A stretch of DNA of 64,000 nt from Candidatus Latescibacterota bacterium (GTDB lineage: Bacteria > Latescibacterota > UBA2968 > GCA-2709665): contig CAXXXF010000006.1 in NCBI GenBank assembly GCA_963667175.2, positions 448,001-512,000 of the forward strand. The letters run 5' to 3'. The notes under the pieces are model-generated. The model was given only the letters and a program-made list of their open reading frames with translations, searched no databases and had not been told where the DNA came from. This document shows positions 20,251 through 29,403 of this stretch, in pieces (position 1 is the stretch's first letter; every line of letters starts with the position of its first letter). The translations under genes and the position numbers were made by a program.

Positions 20251-21864
20251 TTAGACACCAGCGGCCCACGTGTTTCCGCCTGCCCGCACCTTCCCCTCCG
20301 GCTTCAGGAATTCGGCGCAATGCGCGCCGCCCGCGACGCCACCCACCACGTCCAGATCGTGGCCCATTTCGAGCAGCCCGTCCCGAATGGATTCATCCAG
20401 AGACCTCGTCACCATGAGTGGTTCCTCCATCTGAACGTGCATCCGGGGGCCGGACACGGCCTCGAGTGAAGTCGCGCCGAAATCCACGATTTTCTGCGCA
20501 ACCCGCGCGTTTACGCTCACGAGCTTTCGCCCCCCCGGCAACCCCGTTGCGACGTCGCGGTCCGGGAGGCAAATGATCAGCGGCGCCGTATTGTTCAGCG
20601 GGCGTTTTCGCGGCCCCACAGAGTTCGGGCGTCCGGGCCTCGGATCCAGCCGGCACATCCCGTGCCCCAGAATCAGCCCCGTTCCGGGCACCGTGACCAG
20701 GGACCCGAATGCGCCGCCCTGCGAGATCGTCACGGACGCCACGTTGCCTTCCACGTCCGCCGCGGAGACGTGGAGCGTCCCCTCGGATGAATCTCCCTCG
20801 GGCCCCGGGGACCGCCGGTCCACAAGCTGCGGAAACTGCCGCGCGGACTCTGCGCGTCCTGCCGCGTAGTCTTTACTCAACAGCCGCTCGACCCGGACCT
20901 CCACGTGATCCGGATCCCCCAGATACAGCAGCCGGTCGCGCCAGGCCAATTTCAGCACTTCGGCCAGCCGGTGCCAGTACGTCACCGTATCCTCCGGCAC
21001 GGGATCGAAGCATTCCAGCATATTGAGCGCCTGGAGGGCCGTCAACCCGCCGTTCGGCAATATCGCCGCGTACACGGTCGCGTCGCGGTAGGTGGTTTCG
21101 TAAGGCGCCGTGACGCGCGGCACATAAGCCGCCATATCCTCCCGCGTAAGCGCCCCGCCCCCGCTGCCCACGTGATCCGCGATCTTCCGCCCGATTTCTC
21201 CATCGTAGAAGTCGCGCCACCCGGCCTCGCACGCGCGCGTCAACGACTTTTCCATATCGCGCCTGTGCCATCTGTCGTCGGCATTCGGCAGACGCCCTTC
21301 CGGCATCAGATGCTTCTCTGTTGCCGGGAACCGCCGGATTACCGGTTCCAGATGGCGAACGGCGGCGGCCGTGGAACCGAACGGGAATCCATTCTCCAGC
21401 AGCGTCAGCGACGGCGCCACGATATCCGACCACTTCAAGCGGCCCCAGCGCTCCCACAACAGCCCCATCCCCGCCATCATCCCCGGCGGGCCGACCGCCC
21501 GCGGTCCGTGCACGTTGGCGTTGTCCCGTACGGAACAGAGGTACTCGTTTTCGTTGATCCCCTTCGGCCCGTCGCGCATCGGCGTCACGTCGTACATCGT
21601 CTCACTCGCCGATGCCGGCGCAATGGAGTTGGCATCCAGAGACCATACCTTCCCGGTCCGCCCGTCCAGCACCAGGGCGCACAGTACGTATCCCATCACC
21701 CCCGTGGACTGCGGCTGCAGCATGCAGCAGGCCATGCTGGTTGCGGCAGCCGCGTCCATCGCGTTCCCGCCCAGGTCCAATACGCGGGCGCCCACACGGG
21801 CCGCCTCCTCCGGGCCGGCGGCGACGGCGCCTCGAGACGTGAGAATTTCCTTGCCTTCAGTCAT
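20251..21864 (-). CDS. ggt: Gamma-glutamyltransferase family protein
   Basis: GGNAMDAAAA, FYDGEIG, autoprocessing Thr in EGTLHVSAADVEGNVASVT, PGTGLIL, PRKRPL. Confidence 0.85.
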   Translation of the reverse strand: MTEGKEILTSRGAVAAGPEEAARVGARVLDLGGNAMDAAAATSMACCMLQPQSTGVMGYVLCALVLDGRTGKVWSLDANSIAPASASETMYDVTPMRDGPKGINENEYLCSVRDNANVHGPRAVGPPGMMAGMGLLWERWGRLKWSDIVAPSLTLLENGFPFGSTAAAVRHLEPVIRRFPATEKHLMPEGRLPNADDRWHRRDMEKSLTRACEAGWRDFYDGEIGRKIADHVGSGGGALTREDMAAYVPRVTAPYETTYRDATVYAAILPNGGLTALQALNMLECFDPVPEDTVTYWHRLAEVLKLAWRDRLLYLGDPDHVEVRVERLLSKDYAAGRAESARQFPQLVDRRSPGPEGDSSEGTLHVSAADVEGNVASVTISQGGAFGSLVTVPGTGLILGHGMCRLDPRPGRPNSVGPRKRPLNNTAPLIICLPDRDVATGLPGGRKLVSVNARVAQKIVDFGATSLEAVSGPRMHVQMEEPLMVTRSLDESIRDGLLEMGHDLDVVGGVAGGAHCAEFLKPEGKVRAGGNTWAAGV

Positions 21865-22156
21865 ACGATTCCTTAACGGGCGCGGTGATAATCTCATCGC
21901 CCGGCTCCGGGTTCACGGCCCCCACCGCAAGGTGGATGGCGGCCGATCCGCCCGTGGAACTCTGTGCGTACCTGACGCCGTAAAAGTCGGCAAAGGCCTT
22001 TTCAAACTCCTTTACGAACCGGCCGCTCTTGCCGAACAGATTCTGGCTGCGGACGGCATCGATCAGCAACTCCTCCTCCCGTTGCCCGAACGGCGTCCTC
22101 TCGGGAAACGGTCGTGTTCGTACTTTCGGGCCTCCATGGATTGCCAGCCTCGCCAT
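21857..22156 (-). pseudogene. N-terminal fragment of a DegT/DnrJ/EryC1/StrS aminotransferase
   Basis: MARLAIHGGPKVR...VKEFEKAFADFYG...GGSAAIHLA...PGDEIIT, then a stop after 99 codons; lacks the PLP-Lys region. Confidence 0.8.
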
Positions 22157-22212
22157 TTTTCCTCCGGCTACTGATGTCCAGGACACAAACCGTTGATGGA
22201 GACGTGTGTCCC

Positions 22213-22410
22213 TTTGTGTTTTTGTGCCTCTTGTGGCCATTGCTTTCGCGTGTAAGAATCAACTGCGTAGCCAAAAAAAGCACAAAAGGCACAGAAACTG
22301 TACCGGACAGGCGTAGCCGCAGCTAAAAGAAGAATCCAGAAGCTGGAAGTCAGAATCCGGTAGTAAAACCGATATATATTCTGATTCTGACTCTCAACTC
22401 CTGGATTTCT
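22213..22410. repeat. Two inverted pairs of short-period tandem repeats (9-mer CACAAAAGG type; 7-mer AGTCAGA type)
   Basis: tttgtgtttttgtgcctcttgtggc ... gccaaaaaaagcacaaaaggcacagaaa; agaatccagaagctggaagtcagaatc ... gattctgactctcaactcctggatttct. Confidence 0.7.
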
Positions 22411-22461
22411 GAACGATCGCTCCGCCCGGACTTGCCTTCCCGCCCCCCGATTCTTACCCCT

Positions 22462-24864
22462 TTACCTCTCCAACCGGAACAGGACCTCCTTCTCCGCCTC
22501 TGCATTGCCGTTCTGATCCACAACGCGAACCGTCAGCCGGTTCACGCCGGCCTTGGCGTTGCTCAGGTCCATCTCGAAATACTCCTGAAGGTCCGTTTCA
22601 CCCCGGACCTGCTCCGTGGTTACGGAAACCTCCGGGGTGCGTTCGCCCCTGCGGAACAGAGAGCCAACACCCGCCCACAGGCGCCCGAACGTGCCGCCTT
22701 TCTCCGGCATCGAATGGATCGTGTAATGCAGCGTAAACCGGCTCTGGCCGAACGTGTCCGGTTTCAGACCGTAGGCTTCGTAATAGACAAACGGGTGCTG
22801 GTTCATCCGATAGGTCTTGGTGGTCATCGGAATCACCCAGACGCCTCCTCCCTTGGCGTATTTTTCCAGGCCGCCTTCCGTCGAAATCTGAAATCCCAGT
22901 TCCAGGCCGCTCAGTTTCAACGTATCCAGGGAATAGTCCTCGACCTCGAGTCGTTCCTTATAGATGCCCGAATGGCCGGAAACCAGGTCCTTGACCTGTA
23001 CGCGCATGTCGTATGCGCCCGGGCTCACGTCCAGCGCGAGCTGATTCGGAATAAAGGTCCCCTTGCCCGTATAGAGCTCCTTCGACGTGCGCAACGCCAG
23101 TTCCTCGCTGTCCTGCAGCGTCTGCCCCGACTCCGGATCGTACAGCGCGACCGCACACCCCAGCTGGAAAACGGTCTGTTCGTCCGATTCCGACTCGCTC
23201 AGGCTGCGCGGCGGAATTCCATAATAGACTTCCACTCGCGTCTTGCCATTGGATCCCCGGAACGTCGCTCGATCGTAGTAGAAATCCAGAAATGCCTCGC
23301 GGCCGCCCGGAAGATAGTGCTCCGGCATCTGCCGGATACTCCGGTTCATCACCATCGCGGGCGAGAACTTCACCATCCGGCTGGTCCGCCGCAGCGCGCC
23401 GTCGTCGAATTCCGCCGCGGGCACGGGCGCGAAGTCGAACTTCCCACCCCCCAACTCGTTGGTGAACACCACCTCGATCCCCCCCGCGACGCCCGTATAT
23501 ACCCAGGACTCCCACTTGATGAAGGACATGAAGTCCCCTCCCGTAACCTGCGCGCGGTTCGGGGACAGGGTGACCACGTAATTGTCTCCATCCAGCGCCG
23601 ACATGTCCGCGGGGGCCAGGGGATCGTCGGCCAGAGCAGGCGCTCCCAGCTCCACCTCAAGAGGATCCGGGGCCTCGCCCTGATCCGTGCCCGGCGGCAA
23701 TTCAGCCGGGAAATCCAGGCCCACCTCGTGCATCCTGCGAACCGGGAACACGGGCCCCCGTCCCACGTCCGCCATGCCCAGCGGCCCGTAGATATCGTGG
23801 GCGACGCGCTCCTTGATCCGCTCGACGGAAACCGGCATGGGCGGCGCCACCCTGCCGGACGTCGACCGGTATTCCGGCTCGCCGTACCGGATATAGACCT
23901 CCCCGCGCCGGTCCCAGGGATTCGCCATCTCGGAAAAAGCGGTTCGCGAAACCCACACGCGCCGAAAATGTTCCAGCTTCCGCTCGTTCACCGAAGTCAT
24001 CAGGTCCGGGTCTCTCACCGACCAGAACCGCACGAGATACTCCCTCCGCGCGGCCGCGTCCTCCGCGGTCTCCCGATAGGCGAGGAGCTCTTCCTTCGAT
24101 GCAATCAGGCTCACGTCCTGGTACAACCGGCGTTCTTCGGGCGGCATCCGGGAAAAGCCCCGGCCGTAGTATTGCATGGCCAGGTCCAGGGCCTCGCGGC
24201 TCGCGCAGGCCTGCGCCACCAACGGCAACAGCAACCCCTCGTCCGAGGTTACCTCCAGGGAGTCCAGCGCTTCCGATGGCAAGCCCTCAAAAACGCCCGT
24301 CCGGACAAAGGCCCTGACCACGGCCTGGACCACCGCCGGTTCCCTCGTCGGATCCACCGACAGAGAGCGCACGTAGGCGTCGACCGACTTGCCATAGTCC
24401 TCGATGTCGGAATACAGTCGCCCGAGGAGCCTGTGGGTCAGTTCGAAATCCGGCGAGAGCGAGGCGGCCCGCGACGCGTGGTAAATCGTCTGCTCGGAGA
24501 ACCTTCCCTTTTCGCCCTCAGCGGTCCCGGCTCTGTAGGACGCCAGCGCCATGCCGAAGTGGGCCGGCGCGAACCCGTCGTTCAGCGAGAGGGCCGACTG
24601 GAACGCCTCCCGCGCCTCAGTCAGGTCCGACTTCAGCAACCGGGAGTATCCAATGCGGGTAATGTGACCGGCCGGATCACTCGTCAACTGCGGCCAGTAC
24701 GCCCTTACGGCCCGCTGCACCTCCCGGTCCGAGCCCGGTACGGCGGTTGAATACCCTGTCGCTTCCGGTTTTGTCTGTTCGGCGCGGGTAGGGAGACCGT
24801 TCGTCAGCAGAAAGGTCAGAGCGGCGAACCAGAGAACCGTCCTCAATGATCGAATCCGGTACAT
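22462..24864 (-). CDS. Secreted TPR + GWxTD-domain protein (800 aa)
   Basis: Signal peptide, TPR-like helices, FWSVRDPD...NERKLEHFRRVW...PWDRRGEVYIRYGEP; C-terminal half resembles 11382-15131. Confidence 0.82.
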   Translation of the reverse strand: MYRIRSLRTVLWFAALTFLLTNGLPTRAEQTKPEATGYSTAVPGSDREVQRAVRAYWPQLTSDPAGHITRIGYSRLLKSDLTEAREAFQSALSLNDGFAPAHFGMALASYRAGTAEGEKGRFSEQTIYHASRAASLSPDFELTHRLLGRLYSDIEDYGKSVDAYVRSLSVDPTREPAVVQAVVRAFVRTGVFEGLPSEALDSLEVTSDEGLLLPLVAQACASREALDLAMQYYGRGFSRMPPEERRLYQDVSLIASKEELLAYRETAEDAAARREYLVRFWSVRDPDLMTSVNERKLEHFRRVWVSRTAFSEMANPWDRRGEVYIRYGEPEYRSTSGRVAPPMPVSVERIKERVAHDIYGPLGMADVGRGPVFPVRRMHEVGLDFPAELPPGTDQGEAPDPLEVELGAPALADDPLAPADMSALDGDNYVVTLSPNRAQVTGGDFMSFIKWESWVYTGVAGGIEVVFTNELGGGKFDFAPVPAAEFDDGALRRTSRMVKFSPAMVMNRSIRQMPEHYLPGGREAFLDFYYDRATFRGSNGKTRVEVYYGIPPRSLSESESDEQTVFQLGCAVALYDPESGQTLQDSEELALRTSKELYTGKGTFIPNQLALDVSPGAYDMRVQVKDLVSGHSGIYKERLEVEDYSLDTLKLSGLELGFQISTEGGLEKYAKGGGVWVIPMTTKTYRMNQHPFVYYEAYGLKPDTFGQSRFTLHYTIHSMPEKGGTFGRLWAGVGSLFRRGERTPEVSVTTEQVRGETDLQEYFEMDLSNAKAGVNRLTVRVVDQNGNAEAEKEVLFRLER

Positions 24865-25129
24865 TGTCCTCGTCCTCGTTTCAGGTTGGCGCCAACAGCG
24901 TTCCTGGAAATACGACGGGCAAAACCTGCAACCTGCTCCCGTTTACTATAGGATGCTCACAGGCGGAAATGGTTGCATAAAATAGGGGAGACGTAAGACG
25001 TGAGTCACGGTAGAGATTGCCTGCCCGGTGAGGTTTTGGTTCAGACCGGAGGCATTCAGGTAGTTCAGGTAGACCAGATCGGGCGAGGATTTTTTCTGCC
25101 GTCTACCGTTTCACGTCTTCCCGCCTTCG

Positions 25130-25242
25130 AGACCTACCCCCTATCCCCCTTCCCGGGGGGAAGGGGGGACCTGTAACCCGCTAAGAGTCTCCTGCTCTTC
25201 TCCCCCTTTCCCTCCGGGAGAGGGGGCCGGGGGGAGAGGTCT
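25130..25242. repeat. Paired GC-rich palindromic repeat (CCCCTTCCC..GGGAAGGGG type)
   Basis: agacctaccccctatcccccttcccggggggaaggggg ... ctccccctttccctccgggagagggggccggggggagaggtct: two hairpins in inverted arrangement. Confidence 0.7.
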
Positions 25243-25647
25243 GCGCCAGTTGTAGTGTTGTCATCTGACGCATCGGTAGTTGTACTTGTCATTCAAACGC
25301 CAATCGCTCTACGAAGAAATTTCCTGACTGGAGAACTACCAGAGCAGAGCGCGCTGATCCGTCCAGCAACGGGGTTCGATGTTCCTGCGCGGGTGCCAGG
25401 CCAGCGCATTGTGTGTATCCTGTAAGCGTGTTCGCGCTATGCATATGGCAGGCCCCGCCTGCCTGCCGCGCAGGGCTTGGCGCAGGCAGGCGCCCAGCGG
25501 CGACTTTTGGTTCCTTTTGGTCGCTTCAAAAGGAACACGCCGTAGGCAGGGAATTTGGGGAGACGTGGACATTGATTTTGATTCTTGCGTTTGATTTTAG
25601 CTGACCGCTGACTGCTGATAGCTGAATGCTTCTTTTGTCTCACAGGC

Positions 25648-25685
25648 AAAGAGAAAGGAGGACGGTCTCGCGGACCGCCCCCCTT
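25648..25685 (-). terminator. Rho-independent terminator of the OMP-TBDR-PorV operon
   Basis: Minus strand GGGGGGCGGTC-CGCGA-GACCGTCCTCC followed by TTTCTCTTT. Confidence 0.6.
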
Positions 25686-25709
25686 GTGTTCACCGCCCGT
25701 CAGGCTTAG

Positions 25710-25870
25710 CAGCCCGTTGAAAAACCCCATCCGGTCTGCGTCCGGCCCTTGTGACCGAAATACGGCGTTGCGCTCCCTCCCCGAATCCAGGGATTCGCGT
25801 CGGTCGCGTCGCCTTGTCTTCGGCCACAATGGATCGGCCTCGCCTGCAGAGCGACTTTTTCAACGGACTG
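25710..25870. mobile_element. 161-bp MITE with terminal inverted repeats and TTAG target duplication (IS5/IS1182-like ends)
   Basis: Left end CAGCCCGTTGAAAAA, right end TTTTTCAACGGACTG; TTAG at 25706-25709 and 25871-25874. Confidence 0.8.
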
Positions 25871-26917
25871 TTAGAACGTTCCGCCCACGGACAGACGCAA
25901 CGGCGGATCGAAAATGCCCAGATCCGCGTTATGGTAAGAGAGATCCACGGTGATCAGCTGACCCCCGGGGAGTTCGTGCTTCAGGCCGGCGCCGACGCTC
26001 CAGCTTTCGAGGGCCGTGTGCGTCCGGTATCCGGCGCGAAGCGCCAGCGTGTTCTCCAGCCAGAGTTCCCCGCCCATGCGGGTAATCGGCCGGAAGTCCG
26101 TTACGAACTCGTGCTCGAGCGAAAGCGTGAAGTATCCCGGATCGCCCTTCTGACCGAAAATCTCCATCGCTCCGCCGAGGGAGTACGTGGTGGGCATCAC
26201 TGCCGTGAACCCGCCTTCCGTTGCCTTGACGTTCGGGCCCAGGTTCCGGAAACTCATGGCAATCCGGCTGCTCCGGTACCCGGTGTAGAAGTGGGTGCCG
26301 ATGCTGTAGTCCAGCGTGGACACCTTCTCCAGGTGAAGGTCTTCCTGGATCCAGCGAATCTGACCGCCCAGCATGAATTTATCGGTCATCTTCTTGGCAA
26401 AAACGGCGCCCAGGGCGATATCACCCGCGCGAAACTTGGTTCCCGTGCCCCACGGCGCCGTCGGGGTGGTGACCTCCATCTCCTCCGTCGTAAAGCTGTT
26501 TACGGTAAACCCGATGACCCCGAAGCCCGCGTTGAACGCCAGCGCCCCGGAAATCGTTGAGGAATTGGTCAACCAGCGGGTGTAGTTCAGGGTATAGGCC
26601 ACGTTTTCAATGTGCCCCAGGCCCGCGGCGTTCCAGAACGCGGACGAGATGTCGTCCGAAATTGCCGTGTAAGCCCCGCCCATGGCCTCGGCGCGGGCGC
26701 TCTGGCCGATCTTCAGGAACGGGAACTCGGAGAGTCCCACGCGCTCGACCCAGAGACCCCAGGCCTTGTCGACGTTCTCCATCTTCGGATCGATCAACGC
26801 TCCGTCGCGCGACCCGGTGCCGGGCGCCGGCTGCTCAACCGCCCCCGCCGGCTTCACGGACAGGAGAGCGACGGTCACGAGGGCCAATCCCAAGATGATC
26901 CATCCTTTTTTCATCAC
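25871..26917 (-). CDS. PorV/PorQ-family outer-membrane beta-barrel
   Basis: Signal peptide; FLKIGQSARAEAMGGAYTAISDDISSAFWNAAGL signature; LALRAGY; C-terminal F. Confidence 0.85.
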   Translation of the reverse strand: MMKKGWIILGLALVTVALLSVKPAGAVEQPAPGTGSRDGALIDPKMENVDKAWGLWVERVGLSEFPFLKIGQSARAEAMGGAYTAISDDISSAFWNAAGLGHIENVAYTLNYTRWLTNSSTISGALAFNAGFGVIGFTVNSFTTEEMEVTTPTAPWGTGTKFRAGDIALGAVFAKKMTDKFMLGGQIRWIQEDLHLEKVSTLDYSIGTHFYTGYRSSRIAMSFRNLGPNVKATEGGFTAVMPTTYSLGGAMEIFGQKGDPGYFTLSLEHEFVTDFRPITRMGGELWLENTLALRAGYRTHTALESWSVGAGLKHELPGGQLITVDLSYHNADLGIFDPPLRLSVGGTF

Positions 26918-26944
26918 TAATCTCCTTAATCGTCGCGAGGTCCG

Positions 26945-29332
26945 TTAACGGATCACCACAAACGTGCCGGTCTTGATCTTCCCGGCGGCCGCCGAACCTT
27001 CAACGCCATGCACGGCATAGAAATAGATTCCCGGGCCCACAAGCGCCCGGATTGTGGAATAAGGACGGCCCGTCCAGCTGGTCTCACTGGATGAAATGGC
27101 CTTCTGCCGCAAGACCTGGATCAGCTGTCCGGCGGTATTGAAAATATAGATGAACGAGTTTGACGGCACGTTCACAAACCTGATTTTCAGACCGCCGCCG
27201 TATTCGTTGGTACCGTTGGCCATATACGGATTCGGCACCACCACGATATCCCGTTCAAGCGCGTCCGCAGCCGCCACGTACGGCAGCACGGGCGACCCGC
27301 GGTTGACCTGCAGGAAGTTGGAATAAGGCCCTTCCTGCCCGTTCTGCAGGAACTTCTGCGCCCTGGGCGGAAGGTCTGCAAACTTCATGTTCCCGTCGTT
27401 GTTCGCCCAGTCGTTGTGCGGTTCCTGGTAAGCCCGAATGCTGTAGTAATAGAAGAATCCGGCGTTGGAACTCGCGTCGGACCAGCCGTACATCCCCGGA
27501 CGGGCGGCGCGCCGGCCGTCATTCGCCTGGTTCGCCAGCCCAACCGCCTGACTCTCATTCCCTTCAGCTGCCGCCACCGGCCAGTCGGCGCCCGCGTCGT
27601 ACGTGACGCCCGCCGGCAACGGCCCGCCCACCGGAATGTCGCCGACCAGCGAGAACGGACCCGTGGCCGTGAGTGTTCCCCGGAGCCCGCGGTAGATACG
27701 GAACCCTGCCACGTCCGCGGCGCCGTAATCGGGATGGACGGCGCCCTGGGCCTCTGCGGCCCAGAACAGCTTCACCTTGGCGTTCTCGTCACTCTTCACG
27801 TACACGTCAATGTCCGGGGGGCCGTCCGGAATGTCAAAGCCGCTCTGATAGGCGAACAGCGCGTGTTCCAGGTGCTCGACGAGCGCCTGCTCGCCCTGCA
27901 GGAAGCTGGCCTTGTCGGCCGTGAGCGACCACTGCCAGATGTCGATGGGGCTCTTCCCGGGGCCGCCGTACTCGGCGCCGGAACCGGCCACGAACGCCAC
28001 GATGACCTTGGCCTTGTCGCCAGGCCCGAGCGCCCACGGTCCGTACACCTGCGCGTTCGTGAAGCCGCCTACCTCCGTGGGATTGTCCTGGGCGGTCGCG
28101 GCGGTCAACTTGGCAAACGCTTCCGCGGGGGTCTCCCCCTCGAGGACGGGCTCGTCGTAGTCGGCAGTCGTCCGCACGTTCCACCAGCCCTGGTAGACCG
28201 GCTGGTCTCCCGCGGGCTGCACGTACTGACCCGCGTCGTGCATATTGAACGCGTGACGGGGATCGTCCGGACTGTCCGCGAAAGCGACCGGCGCCATGCC
28301 CACGAAGGAATGGGACGCCAGCTTGCCGTCGGGGAACGCCATCTCCTTCAGGTCAGAGGTCTCGATGTCCTTGATCCACGGGTCGCCGGTATCCTCCCAG
28401 GCCTTGAACGGGCTGTCGCCGTCCCACTGATAGCTCAGCTTGAGCCCCTGCGCCCTGGCCGCGCTGATGAACGCCGGGCCCCCGGGGCCGCCGTCCACGT
28501 AGTTTCCGGCTTCCGTATAGCGGAAGTTATCGTCCAGACCGTCGTCCATCCACCGCCACCAGCGGCCGCCGCCGGTGTTGTTGTCGGAGGTCTCGTTGAT
28601 CTTCCAGGTGGCCACCAGCGGCAGGTACACCTCGTTGTGTCGATCGCTGCCGGTGTTTTCCAGGATGAATTCCGCGATCACGAAATCGTCGAACATCTGG
28701 TGGGACCAGTTGTGGACCTTCCGGGTGATCGTGATGTCGAACTTGTTGGTCCACCTGGCAACCAGAATCTCTTCGGCAAACGCATCATCAGGCGTGTATT
28801 CACCCGGAGAGTAGTTACTGATGAGTCTGGGCGGCGCGCTGACGTCATTCTCGTCGGGCACGTTCGCGCCCGGCCAGTAGTTGCTGGCCGGCGAGAACGA
28901 CCCTGAACGCCCCTGTTCCCACTCCGTGGCCGCGCCCAGGTGCGCTTCCGGCCCGCTCGATGGGTCATAGACGAGCGGCGTGATATCGACGCTCTTGCCC
29001 CGCGGTCCGGTCCAGGCCGCATCCACTCCGCCCGGTCCCACGACCATGATCCACGTGCCGAAGCCCACGGCGTTGCCGCCGCGGCGGGTATAATTGGAAC
29101 TGGCGTTGCTGCTGGGGATGTTTGCCCAGCCGGGATACCAGAACATGTCCGGCTCGCCGGTCTGCCCGCTTCCGAGGTTCCACCCGCCCATGGTGCCGTC
29201 CGAGTTCCAGCTGACCTGGACGTGGCTTCGGCTGGTGGACAGCCGCGGGGTGTCGCTCTGGTCTACGGCCCAGGCGCCCACTGGCAGGAGCAAGCCGCAG
29301 ACAAGCGCCATAAGCTTGATGCCTGGTTTCAT
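26945..29332 (-). CDS. Large secreted protein with T9SS-CTD-like C-terminal domain
   Basis: Signal peptide; C-terminus VVPNPY...IRFVNVP...IFNTAGQLI...W...GIYFYAV...GTFVVIR. Confidence 0.72.
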   Translation of the reverse strand: MKPGIKLMALVCGLLLPVGAWAVDQSDTPRLSTSRSHVQVSWNSDGTMGGWNLGSGQTGEPDMFWYPGWANIPSSNASSNYTRRGGNAVGFGTWIMVVGPGGVDAAWTGPRGKSVDITPLVYDPSSGPEAHLGAATEWEQGRSGSFSPASNYWPGANVPDENDVSAPPRLISNYSPGEYTPDDAFAEEILVARWTNKFDITITRKVHNWSHQMFDDFVIAEFILENTGSDRHNEVYLPLVATWKINETSDNNTGGGRWWRWMDDGLDDNFRYTEAGNYVDGGPGGPAFISAARAQGLKLSYQWDGDSPFKAWEDTGDPWIKDIETSDLKEMAFPDGKLASHSFVGMAPVAFADSPDDPRHAFNMHDAGQYVQPAGDQPVYQGWWNVRTTADYDEPVLEGETPAEAFAKLTAATAQDNPTEVGGFTNAQVYGPWALGPGDKAKVIVAFVAGSGAEYGGPGKSPIDIWQWSLTADKASFLQGEQALVEHLEHALFAYQSGFDIPDGPPDIDVYVKSDENAKVKLFWAAEAQGAVHPDYGAADVAGFRIYRGLRGTLTATGPFSLVGDIPVGGPLPAGVTYDAGADWPVAAAEGNESQAVGLANQANDGRRAARPGMYGWSDASSNAGFFYYYSIRAYQEPHNDWANNDGNMKFADLPPRAQKFLQNGQEGPYSNFLQVNRGSPVLPYVAAADALERDIVVVPNPYMANGTNEYGGGLKIRFVNVPSNSFIYIFNTAGQLIQVLRQKAISSSETSWTGRPYSTIRALVGPGIYFYAVHGVEGSAAAGKIKTGTFVVIR

Positions 29333-29403
29333 ACTTGCTTCTCCCTTTCTTGAATTAAAGGGGGGCATGAAGACAGCCGCCCCCCTTTGGAAAGTTAACG
29401 GGT

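Noticed and set aside
22432-24750. 772-aa plus-strand ORF
   Set aside because: Antisense shadow of the GWxTD gene with no motifs
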